A DNA stretch of 64,000 nucleotides. Source: Pseudomonadota bacterium (GTDB taxonomy: Bacteria > Pseudomonadota > Alphaproteobacteria > SHVZ01). The stretch is taken from contig JACQAG010000022.1 of assembly GCA_016195085.1 (NCBI GenBank), forward strand, positions 10,700-74,699, given 5' to 3'. Below are positions 50,275-60,528 of the stretch, in pieces; position 1 is the first letter of the stretch; each line of letters opens with the position of its first letter. The translations under genes and the position numbers were made by a program. A model generated the notes under the pieces. The model was not told the DNA's origin, ran no database searches, and saw only the letters and a list, made by a program, of their open reading frames with translations.

Positions 50275-50568
50275 CTAGGAGCGCTCCCCGCGGTTGCCGG
50301 CCTCTTCGGGCGTGACCGTGGTGAGCGAGAGCGCGTGGACCGGGCCTGCCAGCTCCTCCTTGAGGATCGCATAAACCAGGCGTTGACGCTCAACCCGGGA
50401 TTTGCCGGCAAAGGCGCTGGCGACGACGGTCATGCGAAAATGCGTCTCGCCCCCGGGCCGCGCCCCGGCGTGGCCCGCGTGCTGGTCCGACTCGTCTATG
50501 ATCTCCAATTGCTTGGGATCGAGGTTTTCCTTGATTTTGCGACGCAATCGATCGGCGACCGCGGCCAT
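50275..50568 (-). CDS. bolA: BolA family protein
   Basis: DESDQHAGHAG...HFRMTVVS..F.G.S.V.RQRLVY BolA signature. Confidence 0.85.
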   Translation of the reverse strand: MAAVADRLRRKIKENLDPKQLEIIDESDQHAGHAGARPGGETHFRMTVVASAFAGKSRVERQRLVYAILKEELAGPVHALSLTTVTPEEAGNRGERS

Positions 50569-50748
50569 GGAGAACTCCTGAAGGTGACGATGTCGCGAGC
50601 ACGATTGGGAGCATCGGCGAGCAAGTCAAGCAGGCGGGGCCTGGTCCCGGCATGGCCTTGCCGTCGGCGCTGCGGCCAAAGAGCGCGGCCGCGTTCATCC
50701 GGCTGCGGCTTGCGAACCCCCGTTGGCGCTTCCATACTCAATTTTGCG

Positions 50749-51354
50749 ATGCCTAGGTCTGCGAGCCATCACGAGTGGATGCCCGAGCGTCTTCGGCCGG
50801 GGTTGCGCGGGTGCGACCACCCGGGCTGCGCGGCCGAGGGCAGCTTCCGGGCGCCGCGCTCGCGCGAGCGCCTGAACGAGTATTTCTGGTTCTGCCTCGA
50901 GCATGTCCGGGCCTACAACGCCGCTTGGAACTATTACGAAGGCATGAGCGAGGACGAGGTCGAGGCCTCCGTCCGCGCCGACGTCACCTGGCAACGGCCG
51001 ACTTGGCCGCTCGGCGGCCGCATCGGCGAATCGCGCAGCTCCGGGGCTTTCGGCGCCGGCTTCCGCTACTGGCGGGCGGAGGTTCGCGATGATTTTGGCT
51101 TCTTTGGGGAGGGTGGCGAGGCTGGCCACGGTGCGCGCGAGCGGCCGCGGCGGGAAGCCGATAGCGAGCATGCCGAGGCGCTCGCGGCCATGGAGCTGGA
51201 AGCGCCTTTGACCCTGGTCGAGCTCAAGGCGCGATACAAATTTCTTGTCAAACAGCACCATCCCGACGCCAATGGCGGTGACAAGGCCGCGGAAGAGCGC
51301 CTGAAGGTGATCAACCGCGCCTACACCACGTTGAAGAAGTCACTCGCCGCTTGA
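50749..51354 (+). CDS. J-domain (DnaJ-like) protein with C-terminal J domain
   Basis: LKARYKFLVKQHHPDANGGDKAAEERLKVINRAYTTLKK (HPD motif). Confidence 0.75.
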   Translation: MPRSASHHEWMPERLRPGLRGCDHPGCAAEGSFRAPRSRERLNEYFWFCLEHVRAYNAAWNYYEGMSEDEVEASVRADVTWQRPTWPLGGRIGESRSSGAFGAGFRYWRAEVRDDFGFFGEGGEAGHGARERPRREADSEHAEALAAMELEAPLTLVELKARYKFLVKQHHPDANGGDKAAEERLKVINRAYTTLKKSLAA

Positions 51355-51418
51355 CTGCGGCGGGCGGCTGCCTCTCCTTACGCCTTCGTGACCGAGCCGT
51401 TGATAGCTACGAGGAACC

Positions 51419-52417
51419 ATGCCCGCTGCATCCTTGACCGAGTCATCCCACCCGCTGGCTCTGCCTGACATCAAGATCTCCGTGCGGCAGTCGTTCGGTA
51501 TCGACTCCGACATGGAGGTGCCGGCTTTCAGCCTTGGCAGCGATTATGTGCCGGATATCGACGAAGCCTACCGCTTCGACCGCGATACCACCTTGGCCAT
51601 CCTCGCGGGCTTTGCCTACAACCGCCGTGTGATGATCCAGGGCTATCACGGCACCGGCAAGTCGACCCACATCGAGCAGGTCGCGGCCCGCCTCAACTGG
51701 CCCTGCGTGCGCGTCAATCTCGACAGCCACATCAGCCGCATCGATCTCATCGGCAAGGACGCCATCGTCATCAAGGACGGCAAGCAGGTGACCGCCTTCC
51801 GCGAGGGCATCCTGCCCTGGGCCCTGCAGAACCCGACGGCGCTGGTGTTCGACGAATACGATGCCGGCCGCGCCGACGTGATGTTCGTGATCCAGCGCGT
51901 GCTCGAGGTCGAAGGCAAGCTGACCTTGCTCGACCAGAACCGCATCATCCGCCCGCATCCATCCTTCCGGCTGTTCTCGACCACGAACACGGTCGGGCTC
52001 GGCGACACCACCGGCCTCTATCACGGCACCCAGCAGATCAATCAGGGCCAGATGGACCGCTGGAACATCGTCTCCACCCTCAATTATCTGCCGCATGACG
52101 ACGAGGTGAACATCGTGCTGGCGAAGGCGCCCAGCTACGACACCGACGCCGGGCGCAAGACCATCTCGGCGATGGTGGCGCTGGCGGCGCTCACCCGCTC
52201 CGGCTTCATCGCCGGCGACATCTCCACCGTCATGTCGCCGCGCACGGTGATCACCTGGGCGGAGAACGCGCGCATCTTCAACGACATCGGCTTCGGATTC
52301 CGCGTCACCTTCCTGAACAAATGCGATGAGATGGAGCGCTCGACAGTCGCCGAGTACTACCAGCGTTGCTTCGGCACGGAGCTTCCGGAGAGCGGGGTCA
52401 AGGCGAACCTGGTGTAG
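51419..52417 (+). CDS. cobS: Cobaltochelatase subunit CobS (CbbQ/NirQ/NorQ/GvpN-family AAA+ ATPase)
   Basis: [65 protein letters not shown] match aerobic CobS. Confidence 0.85.
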   Translation: MPAASLTESSHPLALPDIKISVRQSFGIDSDMEVPAFSLGSDYVPDIDEAYRFDRDTTLAILAGFAYNRRVMIQGYHGTGKSTHIEQVAARLNWPCVRVNLDSHISRIDLIGKDAIVIKDGKQVTAFREGILPWALQNPTALVFDEYDAGRADVMFVIQRVLEVEGKLTLLDQNRIIRPHPSFRLFSTTNTVGLGDTTGLYHGTQQINQGQMDRWNIVSTLNYLPHDDEVNIVLAKAPSYDTDAGRKTISAMVALAALTRSGFIAGDISTVMSPRTVITWAENARIFNDIGFGFRVTFLNKCDEMERSTVAEYYQRCFGTELPESGVKANLV

Positions 52418-52422
52418 GGGCC

Positions 52423-54327
52423 ATGGCAGGACCAAGCGGATCCAGGGACGGCGCCCGGCACGCGACCGAAGCGCAGATCGAAGATTTCAAGCGCGCGACC
52501 TCGGCGGCGCTCCGAGCCATGGCCGACCGGCCCGAGGTGGAGGTGAGCTTCGGGGCCGATCAGCCGGGTCTGACCGGCACTCGTGCCCGGGTGCCGCAGG
52601 TGCCGCGCGATCTCAAATCCGGCGAGGTTGCCCATGTCCGCGGCGAGTGTGATGCGATCGCCCTCAAGATCAGGCACCACGACCGCAAGGTGCATCAGCG
52701 GCGGATGCCTCAGGGGCAGACCGCGCGCGCCATCTACGAGGCGGTCGAGCAGGCGCGCTGCGAGGCGATCGGCGCCCGCCGGATGGCCGGCGTCGCCGAG
52801 AACCTGACGGCCGCACTCTCCGACCGCTACCGCCGCAAGGGCTTCGAGCGGATCAGCGAGAAGAGCGACATGACCTTGATCGAGGTCATGCGGCTGTTGA
52901 CCCGCGAGACTTTGACCGGGGCGCAGCCGCCGAGCGCGGCGCGCAACGTGGTCGAGCTCTGGCGTCCATGGGTGGAGAGCCGCTGCAACGAGGATTTCAA
53001 GGATCTGGCGCGCGCCATCGACGATCAAGAGTCCTTCCAGCGCGTCGCCCGCCGGCTGATCGAGGACCTCGATCTCGAGGGGGCGGAGGATTCCGAGACC
53101 AGCGAGGATCAGGAGCAGAACCAGGGCGAGGACGACGCCGGCGACAGCGATCCCAATTCCGAGTCCGGCCAACGCGGCACCTCCGACAGCGACGCCTCCT
53201 CGAGCATGGCGCCCGACATGCAACCGGGTGAGGATTCCGAGGAGGGGGCGGAGGAGGCCGAGGGCGAGATGTCGCCCGGCATGGGCGACGAGCAGCCGGG
53301 CAATCCGGGCACGCCCAATCTGCTCCGTGGGCGCAACAACGAGCGCCAGGAGGCGCCCTATCGCGGCTTCACCACCGAGTTCGACGAGGTGGTGCAGGCC
53401 GACACCTTGTGCGACGGCGAGGAGCTGACGCGTCTCCGCGCCCTCCTCGACCAGCAGCTGAGCCATCTCCAGGGCGTCATCGGCAAGCTCGCCAACCGGC
53501 TGCAGCGGCGCCTGCTCGCCAAGCAGAACCGATCGTGGGAATTCGACCTCGAGGAAGGGTTGCTCGACGCCGGACGGCTGTCGCGCGTGGTCACCAACCC
53601 GATGCACCCGCTCTCCTACAAGGTCGAGAAGGACACCAAGTTCCGCGACACCGTGGTCTCGCTGCTCATCGACAATTCCGGCTCGATGCGCGGCCGGCCG
53701 ATCACCATCGCCGCCATGAGCGCCGATATCCTGGCGCGCACCCTCGAGCGTTGCGGCGTCAAGGTGGAGATCCTGGGCTTCACCACGCGGGCCTGGAAGG
53801 GCGGCCAGAGCCGCGAGCGCTGGATCGCCCAGGGCAAGCCGCCGAACCCGGGCCGGCTCAACGATCTCCGCCACATCGTCTACAAGGCCGGCGACGCGCC
53901 ATGGCGGCGCGCGCGCAAGAGCCTCGGGCTCATGCTGCGCGAGGGCATCCTCAAGGAGAACATCGACGGCGAGGCGCTCTTATGGGCGCATAACCGGCTG
54001 CTCGCGCGCACCGAGCAGCGCCGCATCCTCATGGTCATTTCCGACGGCGCGCCGGTCGACGACTCGACCTTGTCGGTCAACCCCGGCAACTATCTCGAGC
54101 GGCATCTGCGCGACGTCATCGAGTACATCGAGACGCGCTCCTCGGTCGAGCTCACCGCGATCGGCATCGGCCATGACGTGACCCGCTACTATCGCCGTGC
54201 CGTCACCATCGTCGATGCCGAGCAGCTCGGCGGCACCATGATGGAAAAGCTGGCCGAGCTGTTCGACGAGGACGAAGGGCACGACGAGCGCCCGAAGCGC
54301 GGACGCCGGGCGGCGCGTCCGCTGTAG
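52423..54327 (+). CDS. cobT: Cobaltochelatase subunit CobT (acidic middle region, C-terminal VWA)
   Basis: N-terminal CobT region, Asp/Glu-rich linker, [17 protein letters not shown]; follows cobS. Confidence 0.8.
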   Translation: MAGPSGSRDGARHATEAQIEDFKRATSAALRAMADRPEVEVSFGADQPGLTGTRARVPQVPRDLKSGEVAHVRGECDAIALKIRHHDRKVHQRRMPQGQTARAIYEAVEQARCEAIGARRMAGVAENLTAALSDRYRRKGFERISEKSDMTLIEVMRLLTRETLTGAQPPSAARNVVELWRPWVESRCNEDFKDLARAIDDQESFQRVARRLIEDLDLEGAEDSETSEDQEQNQGEDDAGDSDPNSESGQRGTSDSDASSSMAPDMQPGEDSEEGAEEAEGEMSPGMGDEQPGNPGTPNLLRGRNNERQEAPYRGFTTEFDEVVQADTLCDGEELTRLRALLDQQLSHLQGVIGKLANRLQRRLLAKQNRSWEFDLEEGLLDAGRLSRVVTNPMHPLSYKVEKDTKFRDTVVSLLIDNSGSMRGRPITIAAMSADILARTLERCGVKVEILGFTTRAWKGGQSRERWIAQGKPPNPGRLNDLRHIVYKAGDAPWRRARKSLGLMLREGILKENIDGEALLWAHNRLLARTEQRRILMVISDGAPVDDSTLSVNPGNYLERHLRDVIEYIETRSSVELTAIGIGHDVTRYYRRAVTIVDAEQLGGTMMEKLAELFDEDEGHDERPKRGRRAARPL

Positions 54328-54345
54328 CGCGACAAACTCAGACTG

Positions 54346-54447
54346 CCCCCACCCCGACCCTCCCCCACGCTGACGCGCGGGGGAGGGAGCAAGAGGTGAC
54401 CTCTCTACTCCCTCCCCCAGCTTGCTGGGGGAGGGTCGGGGTGGGGG
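54346..54447. repeat. GC-rich structured palindromic repeat (subtype 1, canonical copy)
   Basis: CCCCCACCCCGA-CCCTCCCCC-loop-GGGGGAGGG-spacer-CCCTCCCCC-loop-GGGGGAGGG-TCGGGGTGGGGG. Confidence 0.85.
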
Positions 54448-54463
54448 CGATCGGCGCTCGGCT

Positions 54464-55981
54464 TCAGCGCGTAGTGATGCGGCCCTCAAGGGCGGGCGAG
54501 ACCGTGCCTTTGGCGGCGATGTAATCCATCACCTGGTTCGCCGTCAGCTTGGCGGCGCTGGGGTCGATGAGCGACTTGCCCTTCTTCAAGACCTCGAAGC
54601 CGTCGCCGCCGCCGGCGATGTAGTCGATGGTTGCCACCTTGTAGACCCGGCCCGGATCGAGCGGCTGCCCGCCGACCTTGACCTCGAGCACGCGGCTGCC
54701 CGCGGCCTTCTTCGGATCATAGGCGAAGCTGAGACCGGAGACCTGGAGGAAGCGGCCTTGCTTCTCTTCGACGCGCCCGACGCTGTGCTCCAGTGCCGCC
54801 AGGAGATCGCTGCCCTTGAGCTCGAGCAGCACCGTGGTGTTGCCGAAGGGCAGCTCGGTGAACACGTCGCGCCTGGTCAGCTGATAGCCCGGATCGTAGG
54901 TGCGGTTGCCGCGGATGCCGCCGCCATTGGCGAGCGCCACCTCGGCGCCCAAGGCGGCCCGCATCGCATCGGCGATGAGGTTGCCGATCGCCGCCTCTTC
55001 CGCCCGCACCACGGTGGTGCGGCTGTCGAGCGGCGTGGCGGAGGTGCCGATCTTGACGCCGAGCTCGGTGTCGAGCTTGTCGGTGTGGCGCTTGACGAGG
55101 GCGGCGATATCGGGATCGGGTGCCACGTTGTAGACCGCATGCATGCGCCAAGCCGGCACCACGGTGATCCGAGGCGGCCCGGATTGCTGCGCCGCACGGG
55201 TGACGGTGAGATCGACCGCGGCCAGGAAATGCGCATCGAACCCGGCCTTGTGGATGAGCGTGCTGCCCTCGTAGAAGGTGATCGGGTCGTGGTCGTGGCC
55301 GCCGAGTACGAGGTCGATACCCTTGACCCGGCGGACGAGCTCGCGGTCCTCGGCGATGGTCAAATGGGTGATCGCCACCACGATTTCCGCACCTTGGTCC
55401 TTGAGCGCCTTCACCGCTTCGCCGGCGCTCTCGATCATCGGCGCGAAGATGATCTCCTTGCCGGGGCTGGAGAGCGTCACGGTCTCGGGTGTGGTCAGGC
55501 CGAAGAACCCGAGCTTGAAGCCGCCGACCTCCTTCATGACGGTCGAGAGCGCGGTGCCGAACGGCTTCTTGTCGGGGCCCAGAACATTGGTCGCGAGCCA
55601 GGGGAATTTCGACTCCGCCATGCGCTGCTTCAGGACATCGTCGCCGAAATCGAACTCGTGATTGCCGAAGATCGCCAGATCGAGGCCGACAGCGTTCATC
55701 AGCTCGACCATTTGCTGGCCTTTGGTCAGCCCCGACATGAGCGAGGGCGAGATCAGATCGCCGCCGAAGGTGGTGACGGCGTTCTGGGCTTGGGCGCGCT
55801 CCTGCTTGAGCAACGTCATCAGCGGGGCGAAGCCGCCCCAGCCGCGCGCGGGCGCGATCTCGTAGACGTCGTTGGTGTGGAGGAAGGTGATCTTTGCGGT
55901 TTGGCCCCAGGCCGTGCCGGCGACGAGCGCCAAGGCAAGGACGGCAGCCAGCAGCCGTGAACGACGAAGGAATTCCCACAT
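54464..55981 (-). CDS. Bifunctional metallophosphatase/5'-nucleotidase (UshA-like), secreted
   Basis: Signal peptide; metallophosphoesterase motifs HTNDVYE, GGD, GNHEFD, ITHL, GGHDH; C-terminal 5'-nucleotidase domain. Confidence 0.85.
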   Translation of the reverse strand: MWEFLRRSRLLAAVLALALVAGTAWGQTAKITFLHTNDVYEIAPARGWGGFAPLMTLLKQERAQAQNAVTTFGGDLISPSLMSGLTKGQQMVELMNAVGLDLAIFGNHEFDFGDDVLKQRMAESKFPWLATNVLGPDKKPFGTALSTVMKEVGGFKLGFFGLTTPETVTLSSPGKEIIFAPMIESAGEAVKALKDQGAEIVVAITHLTIAEDRELVRRVKGIDLVLGGHDHDPITFYEGSTLIHKAGFDAHFLAAVDLTVTRAAQQSGPPRITVVPAWRMHAVYNVAPDPDIAALVKRHTDKLDTELGVKIGTSATPLDSRTTVVRAEEAAIGNLIADAMRAALGAEVALANGGGIRGNRTYDPGYQLTRRDVFTELPFGNTTVLLELKGSDLLAALEHSVGRVEEKQGRFLQVSGLSFAYDPKKAAGSRVLEVKVGGQPLDPGRVYKVATIDYIAGGGDGFEVLKKGKSLIDPSAAKLTANQVMDYIAAKGTVSPALEGRITTR

Positions 55982-56270
55982 GGCCCAGCTCTCCCCGCGA
56001 AAGCGACAATCTTCGAATTCGGCGGGAAGCCTAGCGCGGACAAGGCCGAGGAGGCTAGAGCGCTTGCGGCGAAGCCGCACCGGGAGCGGGGCGGCCCTCA
56101 CGACCCAGATTCCCTTTGGACGTTCAAGCAACTGTGCTTTGACCGGAGGGGCCAAGGAAGCAAGAATGCCGGCCCTGCGGCGGAACGGCCGCAGGGGGGA
56201 GGGCCGGACGCGTTCCGGCTTCGGTTCCTCCCGAGGGGGGCCTTTCAAATAAGCAGGGGAGACAAAAGCA

Positions 56271-57137
56271 ATGCTCGACGACGTCAAGAACGTGTGGCCG
56301 GATTCCTCGGTATCCCGCCGTGGTTTCGTGTTCACCTCGGCCTTCGCCGCCGGTTTTGCGCTCACGGTTCAGCCGATCGCCGCGCAAACCGTGATCTCGA
56401 CCGACAGCACCGGGCTCGAGGCCGGCATGATCGAGGTTCCGACCTCAAGCGGGAACATTCCAGGTTATCGCGCCCTGCCGGCCCAAGGCGGTCCGTTCCC
56501 TGTCGTGTTGGTGCTGGAGGAAATATTCGGGCTCCATGAACACATCAAAGATGTCTGCCGGCGCTTCGCCAAGCTCGGCTACTACGCCATCTCGGTCGAG
56601 TACTATTCTCGCTTGGGCGATGTCTCGAAATTGGCGGATATCCAGCAGGTGCTGGCGATCGTCACCAAGACACCCGATGCGCAGGTGATGAGCGACCTCG
56701 ATGCCGCAGTCGCATTTGCCAAGGCATCCGGAAAGGCCGATACCGCTCGCTTGGGCGTCACCGGCTTCTGCCAGGGTGGACGCATGACCTGGCTTTACGC
56801 CGCGCACAACCCCGGGCTGAAGGCAGCGGTCGCTTGGTACGGTCCGATCGCGGCTCCGACCAATGATGTGAGACCGAAGAATCCCATCGACCTGGTAGCG
56901 GAAATGAAGGCGCCCGTCCTCGGCCTCTACGGCGCCGCCGACACGGGGATCAAGGTCGAGGATGTCGAGAAGATGAAGGCGGCGATGGCGGCCGCAAACA
57001 AGCCGGCCGAATTCATGATTTATCCGGAAGCCCCGCATGGCTTCAACGCCGACTACCGGGCGAGCTACCGCGAGGCCGCGGCCAAGGACGGCTGGCAGCG
57101 CCTGCAGGCCTGGTTCAAGAAAAACGGGGTCGCTTAG
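56271..57137 (+). CDS. Dienelactone hydrolase family protein with Tat-like signal
   Basis: SRRGFVFTSAFAAGFAL; GFCQGG nucleophile elbow; HGF near C-terminus. Confidence 0.75.
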   Translation: MLDDVKNVWPDSSVSRRGFVFTSAFAAGFALTVQPIAAQTVISTDSTGLEAGMIEVPTSSGNIPGYRALPAQGGPFPVVLVLEEIFGLHEHIKDVCRRFAKLGYYAISVEYYSRLGDVSKLADIQQVLAIVTKTPDAQVMSDLDAAVAFAKASGKADTARLGVTGFCQGGRMTWLYAAHNPGLKAAVAWYGPIAAPTNDVRPKNPIDLVAEMKAPVLGLYGAADTGIKVEDVEKMKAAMAAANKPAEFMIYPEAPHGFNADYRASYREAAAKDGWQRLQAWFKKNGVA

Positions 57138-57141
57138 TAGG

Positions 57142-57240
57142 ACCCTCACCCCGACCCTCTCCCCCGGTGCGGGAGAGGGGGCACGACACTCGCCCTCTAC
57201 ACCCTCTCCCGCATCGCGGGAGAGGGCTGGGGTGAGGGTC
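57142..57240. repeat. GC-rich structured palindromic repeat (subtype 2, canonical copy)
   Basis: CCCTCACCCCGA-CCCTCTCCC-loop-GGGAGAGGG...CCCTCTCCCGC-loop-GCGGGAGAGGG-CTGGGGTGAGGG. Confidence 0.85.
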
Positions 57241-57256
57241 GTAGTGTCTGGTGGCT

Positions 57257-58126
57257 CTACACCCCGCCGACCAGCGTTGCCTTGAAGAAGTCGATGGTGC
57301 GCTGCCAGGCTTGCCTAGCGGCGCGCTCGTCGTAGCGGTCGCCGGCGGTGTCGTTGTGGAAGGCGTGGTTGACGTTCTCGTAAGTGTTGAGGGAATAGCG
57401 CACCCCCGCCGCCTTCAGCGCCTTCTCGAATTCCGGAATTCCGGCATTGATGCGCTGGTCGAGCCCGGCATAGTGCAGCAGCAGATGTGCCTTGATCTTC
57501 GGCACGTCGCTCGCGGGCGGAACCTCGCCATAGAAGGCGGTCGCGGCGGCAAGCGGTGCCGGTGCCGCGACTGCGAGCCGATTGATCACGCCGCCGCCCC
57601 AGCAGAAGCCGACCGCACCGACCTTGCCGGTGCTGCTGGCATGGCTGCCGAGCCAATTCGCCGCGGCGACGCAATCGGCCGCCGCCTTGCCGCGATCCAA
57701 CGCCTCGATCTTCTGGCGCGCTTCGTCGGCATCGGCGGGGGTCCCACCCACCGGCGAGAGCAGATCGGGCGCCAGCGCCAGGAAACCTGCCACCGCCGCG
57801 CGCCGCGCCACATCCTCGATATGCGGATTGAGTCCGCGATTTTCATGAACGACGATGACCGCAGGCCAACGATTGCCGGTTTTCGGATGGGCGAGATAGG
57901 CTTTGATGGAACCGGTGGCGCCGGGATAGCTCACGCGCTCAGCGACGAGGCGCGGGTCGTTTGCCGGAATCATCTCGGCCCGCGCGTAGTTGGGTTCGAG
58001 CATCGGCAGGAGTGCCGCGGCCGCGGCGGAGCCGCCGACGAGCTTGGCGAGCCGGTCGAGGAACACCCGCCGCGGCAGCGGCGCATGGGTGTACTCGTCG
58101 TAGAGCTGGATGATGCGTGGATCCAT
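57257..58126 (-). CDS. Dienelactone hydrolase family protein (paralogue, convergent with 56271..57137)
   Basis: GFCWGG nucleophile elbow; HAFHND C-terminal His. Confidence 0.75.
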   Translation of the reverse strand: MDPRIIQLYDEYTHAPLPRRVFLDRLAKLVGGSAAAAALLPMLEPNYARAEMIPANDPRLVAERVSYPGATGSIKAYLAHPKTGNRWPAVIVVHENRGLNPHIEDVARRAAVAGFLALAPDLLSPVGGTPADADEARQKIEALDRGKAAADCVAAANWLGSHASSTGKVGAVGFCWGGGVINRLAVAAPAPLAAATAFYGEVPPASDVPKIKAHLLLHYAGLDQRINAGIPEFEKALKAAGVRYSLNTYENVNHAFHNDTAGDRYDERAARQAWQRTIDFFKATLVGGV

Positions 58127-58244
58127 GTCCCTGGACCTCCTCGGCGCCCTGGTTTTTGGTGATGTGGCGGAAGCCTTGGCCTTGAGCTAAGTACAAGCGG
58201 CGCTCGCGGACAAGCACTTCCGAGCCCGCTGCCATGAGCTCCCG

Positions 58245-59123
58245 ATGACCGCCTCGCTTCGCTGCCGGCTGCTGATGATCCACAACCCCACCGCCGGACG
58301 GCGTCGGCGGCGCTACCTCGCCGCCGTTCTCGATGCGCTGGCGTGCGAAGGCTGCACCACCACGGTCATGGCCACGGAGCGGCGCGGCGATGCCGAGAGG
58401 ATGGCGCGGGAAGCCGAGCGGGTCGATGCCGTGGTCGTCGCCGGCGGCGATGGGACCGTCGCCGAAGCGGCAAATGGGCTCGTCGGAAGCGCGGTGCCGC
58501 TGGCGGTCGTCCCCCTGGGCACCGCCAATGTGCTGGCGCACGAGATCGGTCTGCCGATGGCGCCGGCATCGCTCGCGCGCGCGATCGCCCGGGGTCCCTG
58601 CCGCAGCGTGCACGCGGGCGAAGCCAATGGGCGGCGCTTCATGATGATGGCCGGCGCCGGTTTTGATGCGGGCGTGGTGGAGCAGGTGAAGCCCGGTGTG
58701 AAGCGATGGCTCGGCAAGGGCGCCTATGTGCTTGCGAGCGTGACCCGTGTCCTCGCCTATCGGGAGGAGCGCTTCCGTCTCGACTTGGATGGAAGCGAGC
58801 ATGAGGCCGCCTCGGTGATCGTCGCCAAGGGCCACTTCTATGCGGGCCGCTTCGTGGTGGCGCCGATGGCGAGCCTGGACGAGCCCATCTTTCAGGTGGC
58901 GCTGTTTGAGCATCCCGGTCGCTTGCCGGCGATGGCGGCGATGGCCGCCATGGCGGCGGGCCGGCTCGATTGCTTGCCGGGATTTCGCATCCTCGCAGCG
59001 CGGAGCGTGATGATCGAGGGCGACGCCGGCGCTCCGATTCAAGCCGACGGCGACATCGTCGCCAGGGTACCCGCCCGCCTCGCCATCGCCCGCGAGCCGG
59101 TGCGGTTGGTGGTTGCGGCTTAA
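58245..59123 (+). CDS. DAGK_cat-type lipid kinase (YegS/BmrU-like diacylglycerol/sphingosine kinase family)
   Basis: LMIHNPTAGRR, VVAGGDGTV, PLGTANVLA motifs. Confidence 0.75.
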   Translation: MTASLRCRLLMIHNPTAGRRRRRYLAAVLDALACEGCTTTVMATERRGDAERMAREAERVDAVVVAGGDGTVAEAANGLVGSAVPLAVVPLGTANVLAHEIGLPMAPASLARAIARGPCRSVHAGEANGRRFMMMAGAGFDAGVVEQVKPGVKRWLGKGAYVLASVTRVLAYREERFRLDLDGSEHEAASVIVAKGHFYAGRFVVAPMASLDEPIFQVALFEHPGRLPAMAAMAAMAAGRLDCLPGFRILAARSVMIEGDAGAPIQADGDIVARVPARLAIAREPVRLVVAA

Positions 59124-59126
59124 CGC

Positions 59127-60476
59127 CTACCTGCCGGCGACGGTCATGCCGTCGATGCGCAAGGTCGGCGCATTCGCGCCATAGCGAAAGACGAGATCGC
59201 TTGCCGGGGTCAGATTGCGGAACATCTCGGTTAGGTTGCCGGCGATGGTGACCTCGCTCACCGGATAGGACTGCTCGCCGTTCTCGATCCAGAAGCCGTT
59301 CGCACCGCGGCTGTAGTCGCCGGTGACGTTGTTGACCCCGAAGCCCATGAGGCCGGTGACGTAAAAGCCCTGCTTGATGTCCGCCATCAGTGCCTCTGGT
59401 GTGAGCGGCCCCGGCTCCAGATAGAGATTGGTGCAGGAGGGGCCCGGCGGTCCCGAGGTGCCGCGAGCGGCATGTCCCGTCGTCCTGAGGCCGAGCTGGC
59501 GCGCGGAAGCGAGGTCCAAGACCCAGGTGGTGAGCACGCCGTCGTCGACGAGCTTCTGCCGGCGGCCGCCGATGCCTTCGCCGTCGAAGGGGCGCGAGCG
59601 CAATCCGCGCGGGCGCAAGGGATCGTCGACGATGTGGATGCCGGAGGCGAAGAGGCGCTGGCCGAGCTTGTCTTTGAGGAAGCTCGTACCCCGCGCGATC
59701 GCCGGCCCGGAGATGGCGCCGCCGAGATGGCCGAGAATGCTGTTGGCGATGCGCGGATCGAACACGACTGCGACCGAGGCGGTTTCCGCCTTGCGCGGGT
59801 TTAGGCGCTTGACCGCCTTCTCGCCGGCGCGGCGGCCGACGAGCGCTGCATCCTCGAGATCCCGGGCGAACACCGCCGATGACTGGTCGTAGTCGGTTTC
59901 CATGGCGGTTCCCTGACCCGCCAGCACCGAGACGCTGATGCCGTTGCCGGTGCGCACATAGCCCGCGGCGAAGCCGTTGGTGGCGGCGAGCGCCACGCTG
60001 GTGCGGCTCCATCCGGACTCGGCGCCCTCGGAATTGGTGACGCCCGGCACCAGGAGTGCCGCCGCCTCCGCCGCGGCCGCGCGGTCGATCAAGGCCTGGG
60101 GCTCCGGCTCATCCGGGTCGGCGAGGTCGAGGTCGGGAAAAGTGCGGGCGATTTCGGCGCTATCGGCCACGCCGCAATATTTGTCTTCCGGCGCTGCGCG
60201 CGCCATGGCGACCGCGCGCTCGACCAAGGCGCTGAGCGCCCGTTCGGACAGATCGGTCGAAGAGACGATCGCTTGCCGCTTGCCGATGAGCACGCGCAAG
60301 CCGAGGTCTTGGCTTTCGGAGCGCTCGAGCATCTCCGGCTTGCCGAGGCGCTGGCGGAAGGCCAGGGACTCGCTTTGGAAGACCAGCGCGTCGGCGGTTT
60401 CGGCACCGCTCCGCTTGGCGCGGTCCAGGAGCTGGCCGAGGAGATCGAGATGTTTGGAGGCGGCGGTCGAAGCCAT
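59127..60476 (-). CDS. pmbA: TldD/PmbA family metalloprotease (PmbA/TldE-like)
   Basis: 449 aa; PmbA_TldD family blocks (GGTN...GYV, C-terminal GNLTEMF). Confidence 0.75.
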   Translation of the reverse strand: MASTAASKHLDLLGQLLDRAKRSGAETADALVFQSESLAFRQRLGKPEMLERSESQDLGLRVLIGKRQAIVSSTDLSERALSALVERAVAMARAAPEDKYCGVADSAEIARTFPDLDLADPDEPEPQALIDRAAAAEAAALLVPGVTNSEGAESGWSRTSVALAATNGFAAGYVRTGNGISVSVLAGQGTAMETDYDQSSAVFARDLEDAALVGRRAGEKAVKRLNPRKAETASVAVVFDPRIANSILGHLGGAISGPAIARGTSFLKDKLGQRLFASGIHIVDDPLRPRGLRSRPFDGEGIGGRRQKLVDDGVLTTWVLDLASARQLGLRTTGHAARGTSGPPGPSCTNLYLEPGPLTPEALMADIKQGFYVTGLMGFGVNNVTGDYSRGANGFWIENGEQSYPVSEVTIAGNLTEMFRNLTPASDLVFRYGANAPTLRIDGMTVAGR

Positions 60477-60528
60477 GGAGGGTCTTCTTGCTCGAGGGGT
60501 GAAGCCAGGGAGGACTGGCGGTTCAGGG

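Noticed and set aside
51419-54327. cobS-cobT as a defence-type AAA+/VWA system
   Set aside because: Sequence blocks match aerobic cobaltochelatase CobS and CobT closely, and the bolA/dnaJ-like neighbourhood is typical core context.
58639-60012. 457-aa minus-strand ORF and the 430/392-aa frames over 54717..56009 and 43193..44371
   Set aside because: Alternative frames of the pmbA, lipid-kinase, 5'-nucleotidase and secreted-protein genes; no motifs.
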